Positions 57,913-64,000 of a DNA stretch of 64,000 nucleotides are shown here, piece by piece. The stretch is taken from NCBI GenBank assembly GCA_951406725.2, contig CATOCA020000001.1:2976001-3040000 (forward strand), in the 5' to 3' direction. The notes under the pieces were generated by a model. That model was not told where the DNA came from. It saw only the letters and a list, made by a program, of their open reading frames with translations, and made no database searches. A program made the translations under genes and the position numbers. Numbering within the stretch: the first letter of the stretch is position 1; each line of letters opens with the position of its first letter. Source of the stretch: Octopus vulgaris. Taxonomy: Eukaryota.

Positions 57913-58699
57913 CTTCTTCTCCTTCTTCTTCTTCTTCTTCTTCTTCTTCTTCTTCTTCTTCTTCTCCTTCTTCTTCTTCTTCTTCTTCTTCTTCTTCTTC
58001 GTCTTCTTCTTCTTTCCTACTTCATCTTCTTCATGTTCCTCTCTTCTTCGTCGTTTTCTTCTTCTACTTCCTCTTCTTCTTCTGCTTCTTCTTCTCCTTC
58101 TTCTTCTTCTTCTGTATCTTCTTCTTCTTCTGCATCTTCTTCTTCTTCTTCTTCTTCTTCTTCTTCTTCTACTTCCTCTTCTTCTTCTTCTTCTTCTTCT
58201 TCTTCTTCTTCTTCTTCTTCTTCTTCTTTTTCTTCTTCTTTTTCTTCTCTGTACTTTCTGCTTCGTCACTGGTCTCCCTCTTTTCCATTCTCTGCCAATT
58301 CTTCCTCTTATTCTCAGTCTGCAGCTCTTCCTCCTCCTTCTGCTGCTACCCGCAGCGGCCCCCTCCTCAGTCATCCCTTCCTTTGTCCTCCTCCAAACAT
58401 CCCCGCCCCTCCATCCCCTCCACCTCCTCCACCTCCTCGTTAATTCTCCTTCCGTTTCTTCTTCTTCTCCTTCTTCTTCTTCTTCTTCTTCTTCTTCTTC
58501 TTCTTCTTCTTCTTCTTCTTCTTCTTCTACTTCTTCGTCTTCTCCTACTCCACCTCCTCCTCTTCCTCCTCCTTCTCCTTCTTCTTCTTCTTCGTTATCT
58601 TTCTTCTTTTTCTTCCTTTCATTCTGAAGTCACAGTGTTTGATGTTGTATCACAAATATTTTCCATATAATCTATTTTACTTTTTCTTTACTGCTATAG

Positions 58700-58771
58700 A
58701 CTTCTGAGATGGAACAACATTTCAACCATCAAAGAAGGAGCGTTCACGGGGCTTTCGAATTTAAATACATT
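58700..58771 (+). CDS. LRR cassette exon A7 (72 nt)
   Basis: AG/GT intact; (L)LLRWNNISTIKEGAFTGLSNLNT. Confidence 0.92.
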
Positions 58772-60486
58772 GTAAGTTCGTTCAGTTTCTTGATACTATT
58801 TTCCGAAAGTAATAATTGATGCTGATATATAAGCTCACAAATGTATAATATTTCAGACTGCACCGAACAAAATCAATTCAAATTTGTAGAATGAACACGA
58901 TTTAGGAAGACACAAAGAGAATAGGAGAGAGCGAGACAATGTGAAAGAAAGAGAGAGAGTTTGAGAGAGAAAGTGAAATAATAGGAAAAATATAATGTTC
59001 CTTTATTGTAGTTGCTTTGTTTCAATTCGCATCTCAATAACTCATTTTTTTTCCCCAAATTTCAATGATTTTGATATGAATTTGTATTAGAAATGGTAAC
59101 GTTTGTGAGTTTACATGTTTGCATCAAATATTTTTAGCTGAAGTATATGTGTATGTTCATATATAAGTGTAGTTCTGTGTGAAATGTGACTATATTATTC
59201 CTTTATTTTATATTATGCATCCTTCTCCATTTCTTAATTCAATATTCTCCTTCGTATTTCGATATTATCATTCAAATTCGAATTTTGTCATTCACTTCAC
59301 GTTATTTATGTAATAGAGCAACTGAAGTGGAAGCGGAAAATATATATTAGAATGATGTAGTCACATACATTCTAATATATATTTAAGTACATTTTCAGTT
59401 TCGTCTTCAACACCATGATTTTCAATGTGTCTTCTTCTTCTTCTTCTTCTTCTTCTTCTTCTTCTTCTTTCTTCTTCTTCTTCTTCTTCTTCTTCTTCTT
59501 CTTCTTCTTCTTCCTCTACTTCTTCTTTTTCTCCTCCTCTTTTTAATCTTCTACATCTTCCTATTCTGCTCTACCCTCTGCTCCTCCTCCTCCCCTCTTT
59601 TACTTCTTCTAATTCTTCTTCTTCTTCTCCTTCTTTTTCTCCTTCTTCTTCTTCTTCTACTTCTCCTCCTCGTCTTCCTCCATCTTTTTCTTTTATTCTT
59701 CTCTTTCTACTACTTTTATTTTTCTTCTTCTTCTTCTTACTTCTCCTTCTTCTTCCCCTTCATCCGCCTCCTTCTTCTTTTTTCTCACCTTCTTTTTTTT
59801 CTACTTCTTCTTCTTCTTCTTCTTCTTCTTTTGCTTCTTCTTGTTATTCTTCTTCTCCTTCTTCTCCTTCTCCTTCTTCTTCTACTTCTCCTCCTCGTCT
59901 TCCTTCTTCTTCTTCTTCTTCTTCTTCTACTTCTACTTTCTACTTCTTCTCTTCCTCTTTCTCCTCTTCCTCCTCCTTCTTCATATCCTTCTTCTTTTTC
60001 CTGCTTCTTCTTCTTCGTCGTCTTCTTTTTCCTCTTCTTCTTCTCCTTTTCTTCCTCTTCTTTTCCTTCCTCTTCTTATTTCTTCTCCTCACCGTCCTCC
60101 TTGTACTTATTCTTTTTCTTCCTCCTCTTTTTAATCTTCTACATCTTCTTCTTCTACTCTACCCTCTGCTCCTCTTCCTATTTTCCTCCCCCTCCTCCAT
60201 CTTCTGGTCCTATTCCGTCCTCAACCTTCTTCTTTTCCTCCACTCCTTCTCCTCCAACTCCTCCTTTTTCTACCTCTTCTCCCCCCTCCTCTTCCTCCAT
60301 GTCTTCTTTTCCCCTTCCCCCTCCTCCCCTTCTTCTTTGTCTTCTTCTTCTCCTCAATCTCTTTCCTGTTCCTCTTCTTCTCGTATTATTTTCCTATAAT
60401 TTTGTCCCTTTTCATAAAGAACAATATTGAATATGTTATCGCAATTCACACTATGTCAATCTAACCAATATTGTTTCCTGCTTCAG

Positions 60487-60558
60487 ATATCTTTCCTACA
60501 ATAAAATTTCAAGGATTGAAAAAGAGATGTTTCAAGGCCTTCACAACTTAGAGACATT
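60487..60558 (+). CDS. LRR cassette exon B5 (72 nt), identical in sequence to B3
   Basis: AG/GT intact; (L)YLSYNKISRIEKEMFQGLHNLET. Confidence 0.92.
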
Positions 60559-61259
60559 GTAAGTTCTTTCAATGTTGTCGTTTATACATGAGGAATATAC
60601 TGTCTTTAAATTTAATATCCCCTTATTTCCACGTTTTCTCACTCTCTAATACAGTAAATCATATTCACTTCTCATATTCGTCTTATATTAATTTGATTGA
60701 GTCTGAACATGTCAATGACTGTCAGTTGATAATTGTCTGCATAAAAATGTTATTCCTGAAAATATATATGTGTATGTTCATATGTATGTATGTATCTGCA
60801 CTATTAATATAAGTTTTAGCTACTATTTTCTTACACATTGTTCTCTTGATTCTGTGGTGCCGTGTGGTTATTTATCCACACTTCCACCGAAATAAATTTT
60901 TTGCTATTGTTGCTGTAGTCTTTGTTGTTGTTCTTGTTCTTGTTCTTCTTCTTCTTTTTTCCTCTTCTTTTCTTCTACTTCTTCTTTTTCTTCTTCTTCG
61001 GCTCCTTCTTCTTCTTCTTTTTCTTCTACTTCTTCTTCTTCTTGTCCTTCTTCTTCTTCTTCTTCTTCTTCTTCTTCTTCTTCTTCTTCTTTTTCTTTTC
61101 TTCTTTTCTTTCTTGTTCTTCCTCATCTACTTCTTCTTCTCCTTCTTCTTCTTCTTTTTCTCCTCCTCTACTTCCTTTTCTTGTTTCCTTCTTGTTCTTC
61201 TTCTATTTCTTCTTCTTTTTCTTCTTCTTTTCTTCTTCTCTTTCTTGTTCTTCTTCATC

Positions 61260-61291
<32 letters not shown>

Positions 61292-62079
61292 CCCTTATTC
61301 ATTATATTACCATATTAATTCTTTCTTCACATAATAAACATTATTCAATATTTCGTCGCAATTACATACGATGTGAAACTAAGCAAAGTTTCTTCCTGCT
61401 TCATATATCTTCTGAACGATGACATTTTTTTCGCATTTCCTTAATATATCGACGAATCAACTACTGGACTCTATTCATGATATATCTCTTTGAATGTGTC
61501 TGGACATGACAACGACTGGCAGTTATTTATCCGCATTGCCGTTAGATTAATTTCTTCTTCTTCTTCTTCTTCTTCTTCTTCTTCTTCTTCTTCTTCTTCT
61601 TCTTCTTCTTTCTTTTTCTTCTTCTTCTTCGTCTCCTCCTCCTCCTCCTCCTCCTCCTCCTTCTTCTTCTTCTTATTCTTATTCTTCGTCTCCTCCTCCT
61701 TCTTCTTCTTGTTCTTCTTCTTGTTCTTCTTCTTGTTGTTCTTCCCTTATTCATTATACTACCATATAAATTCTTTCTTCACATAATGAACATTATTCAA
61801 TATTTCGTCGCAATTACATACGATGTGAAACTAAGCAAAGTTTCTTCCTGCTTCATATATCTTCTGAACGATGACATTTTTTCGCATTTCCTTAATATAT
61901 CGACGAATCAACTACTTGACTCTATTCATGATATAGCTCTTTGAATGTGTCTGGACATGACCACGACTGGCAGTTATTTATCCGCATTGCCGTTAGATTA
62001 ATTTCTTCTTCTTCTCCTTCTTCCTCTGCTTCTTCTCTTTCTTCTTTTTCTTTTCCTCCTTCTTCTTCTTTTTTCTTCT

Positions 62080-62120
<41 letters not shown>

Positions 62121-62689
62121 TTCTTCTTTTTCTTCTTCTTCTTCTCCTTCTTCTTCTTCTTCTCCTTCTTTTTCTTCTTCTTTTTCTTCTTCTTCTTCTT
62201 CTTCTTCTTCTTCTTCTCCTCCTTATTCTTCTTCTTCTTCTTTTTCTTCTTCTTTTTCTCCTTCTTCTTCTACTTCTTCTTCTCCTCCTCCTCCTTCTCC
62301 TTGTTTTTCTTCTTCTCCTCCTCCTCCTCCTCCTCCTTCTTCTTCTCCTTCCTCTTCTTCTTCTTCTTCTTCTTCTTCTATGTTAGCACTGAGGACATCC
62401 TCAATAAAATGAGTATTTTTGGTCACTCCAAGTTCGTCACATTTTGTGTAGTGGACACTAAGGACTTGATTCCCTCTACCCATCTATTGACATCGATTTT
62501 GCTGGAGTATAATGTAATGAGATTGTCTGTGAAATGTGAAGTGAGGTCAACTCGCGTGATCCGTGTCTCGTTCTTAGACTATATATTCTACCCCGCCAGA
62601 TCACAGATTCTTAGACCACCAACCATCACTTCAGCAGTAAATAAATGCACCACTGAGCGCTGGTGTGGCTTGACCCTACCCACTCAACT

Positions 62690-63580
62690 CCCTGAGAACA
62701 ACAATTAGAAGAAAGGAATGATTGCACAGGCAGTAGGAGCTAGCGTAAGAACCACATTGAAGAACCACAGACTAAAGTATAACTAGTTTAGTTTAGTTTA
62801 ATTTTTTGTCTCAAAAAGCAAAAGCAAGGCCATGTAGGGGGACAGGGCGTTATGTACAGGGAGGGTGGTCATACAAAGAGTTGAGGCTATTTCTAGTCAA
62901 GAGAGACTTTGAACCGAGCGGTCGTCGGCATCTTCACTATCTCGTCCGGCAGCTTATTCCACGGATCCGCAACCCGGATGGAGAAAGCCCCTCTCCTTCG
63001 ATTGAGATGAAATCGTCGTAGATAGAGCTTTTCGGAGTGACCCTGCAGCCGACGCTCTGGAGCAGGAGTGAAGAACAGCTCTTTCGAGAGTTTACACTTT
63101 CCGCTTATGATGTAGTGAGCAAGAATGAGATCACCACGGCGTCGTCGTTTTTCGAGAGAACAAATGTCGAGCGTCTTCGGCCTTCCTTCATATGACAAAT
63201 GCTTGAAACTATACATGTAAGTTCAAGGTGCAGCCATTTGTGTCGGTGTATCTGGAGATATTGCCGGCCTCTTCATGACCTGGTGGATCAGAAAACCTAA
63301 GCAATCCTTGGCAAAACAGTCTACAACTCTTCTAATTTACTGTAGGTATATAGATGGCATTAATATCACAGTTAAGACCAGCTCTGATAACGGTAATGTG
63401 GAAACTGAGAGGAACATAATGGAGAGCATCCAGCAAGTAGCCAACTCCATCCACCCAAGTATCAAGGTGACTATAGATTATCCCACCCGGCACCCCAACA
63501 TTTGACTCCCCGTCCTTGTTACTGAACTTCACTTAGAGATTGTGAACAACAGAGTGCAGCTCTTCCACTCCTATTACATG
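62690..63580 (+). mobile_element. Decayed PLE reverse transcriptase fragment, interrupted by the CR1 piece
   Basis: MIAQAVGASVRTTLKNH before the insertion. After it QGAAICVGVSGDIAGLFMTWW, YCRYIDGIN, ANSIHPSIKVTIDYP, LPVL. Confidence 0.7.
62782..63217 (-). mobile_element. CR1-type LINE 3' end nested in a PLE RT remnant
   Basis: LSYEGR...SLEKRRRRGDLI...GHSEKL...FSIRVADPWNKLP...FKVSLD; short (AAACT)n-like tail at ~62782-62800. Confidence 0.85.
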
Positions 63581-64000
63581 ATTTAATTAGTAATTCAGTT
63601 CTCAACCTAATTAATTGCATCGTTTTGGCAATGATGATCGAGATGTAAGCTACATTTGGAGCTGAAATAATTGGAAATTGATTCTTTAAAATAGTTATTT
63701 CAAAGTTTTCGAGGTAAAAAATGGCAGCGTAAGGCGAATAAGTGACTTTGAATCAAAATATCTCAGTTATTTCCAAAGGAAATGTGTAGATTAATAAAAT
63801 TTAAAAGAATGTCTTCATGGGGAAGACTCTTTTAGTAAAAATCCCGTTATAAAAATCAACCAAGAAAAAAGAAGTGTGACTTTTAGCGACGTAGAATTGG
63901 TAACAATTAAATCCACGTCGAAGTGTTCTAATGCTTCTGATATTTGTTTGCCAATGATTTCCAATAAAGTTTGATGAGCTATCCTTGTTCTTCATTGTCT

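Larger units (their letters stand above)
35543..62378 (+). repeat. Tandem cassette array: unique intron modules alternating with (CTT)n/(CCT)n polypyrimidine tracts
   Basis: Repeated near-identical intron modules around each LRR exon, separated by roughly 0.3-2 kb CTT-rich tracts, always pyrimidine on the + strand. Confidence 0.95.

Noticed and set aside
36528-59058. Recurrent 61-aa minus-strand ORF (M.NKNELLRCELKQ...) and similar repeated short ORFs
   Set aside because: They recur only because the intron module is duplicated; no recognisable domain, mostly non-ATG starts.
32068-60558. Assigning a gene name (TLR, LGR/GRL101, Slit, VLR)
   Set aside because: Only the signal peptide, LRRNT and LRRs are visible. 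The diagnostic C-terminal domains were not found in the window, and the VLR comparison is an analogy, not homology.
35418-62708. Long poly-S/L/F and poly-E/K/R ORFs up to 639 aa
   Set aside because: Stop-free frames of (CTT)n tracts inside introns.
63625-63682. Hammerhead-like remnant (atgatga-hairpin-gaaataatt)
   Set aside because: Core nucleotides and cleavage triplet are mutated; at most a dead relic. The same applies to the direct repeats at 8432 and 8941.

Overview
AT-rich, microsatellite-saturated animal DNA. The SINE/LINE/Penelope repertoire looks like a coleoid cephalopod, probably Octopus (inference). Almost all long ORFs in the supplied track are microsatellite artefacts. The first ~31 kb is retroelement debris: a Penelope-like element (RT + GIY-YIG) with an inverted 3' copy, three type-I hammerhead ribozymes each upstream of a (TA)n tract, CR1-group, L1/Tx1 and R4/Dong LINE pieces, tRNA-derived SINEs and a mosaic of local duplications. 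From 32048 onward lies the 5' part of a + strand gene for a signal-peptide/LRRNT leucine-rich-repeat protein that the ORF track largely misses. Its LRRs are encoded by a tandem array of twelve 72-nt, phase 2-2, one-repeat-per-exon cassettes of two families (7 type A, 5 type B, one B with a dead donor), plus four decayed cassettes, all embedded in (CTT)n-rich introns. Cassettes and their flanking introns are near-identical except at the codons for the exposed x positions of LxxLxLxxN, which are hypervariable. This is the best candidate for an undescribed system: a VLR-like variable LRR receptor diversified by exon duplication, conversion and possibly combinatorial splicing. The gene's C-terminal exons were not found in the window.
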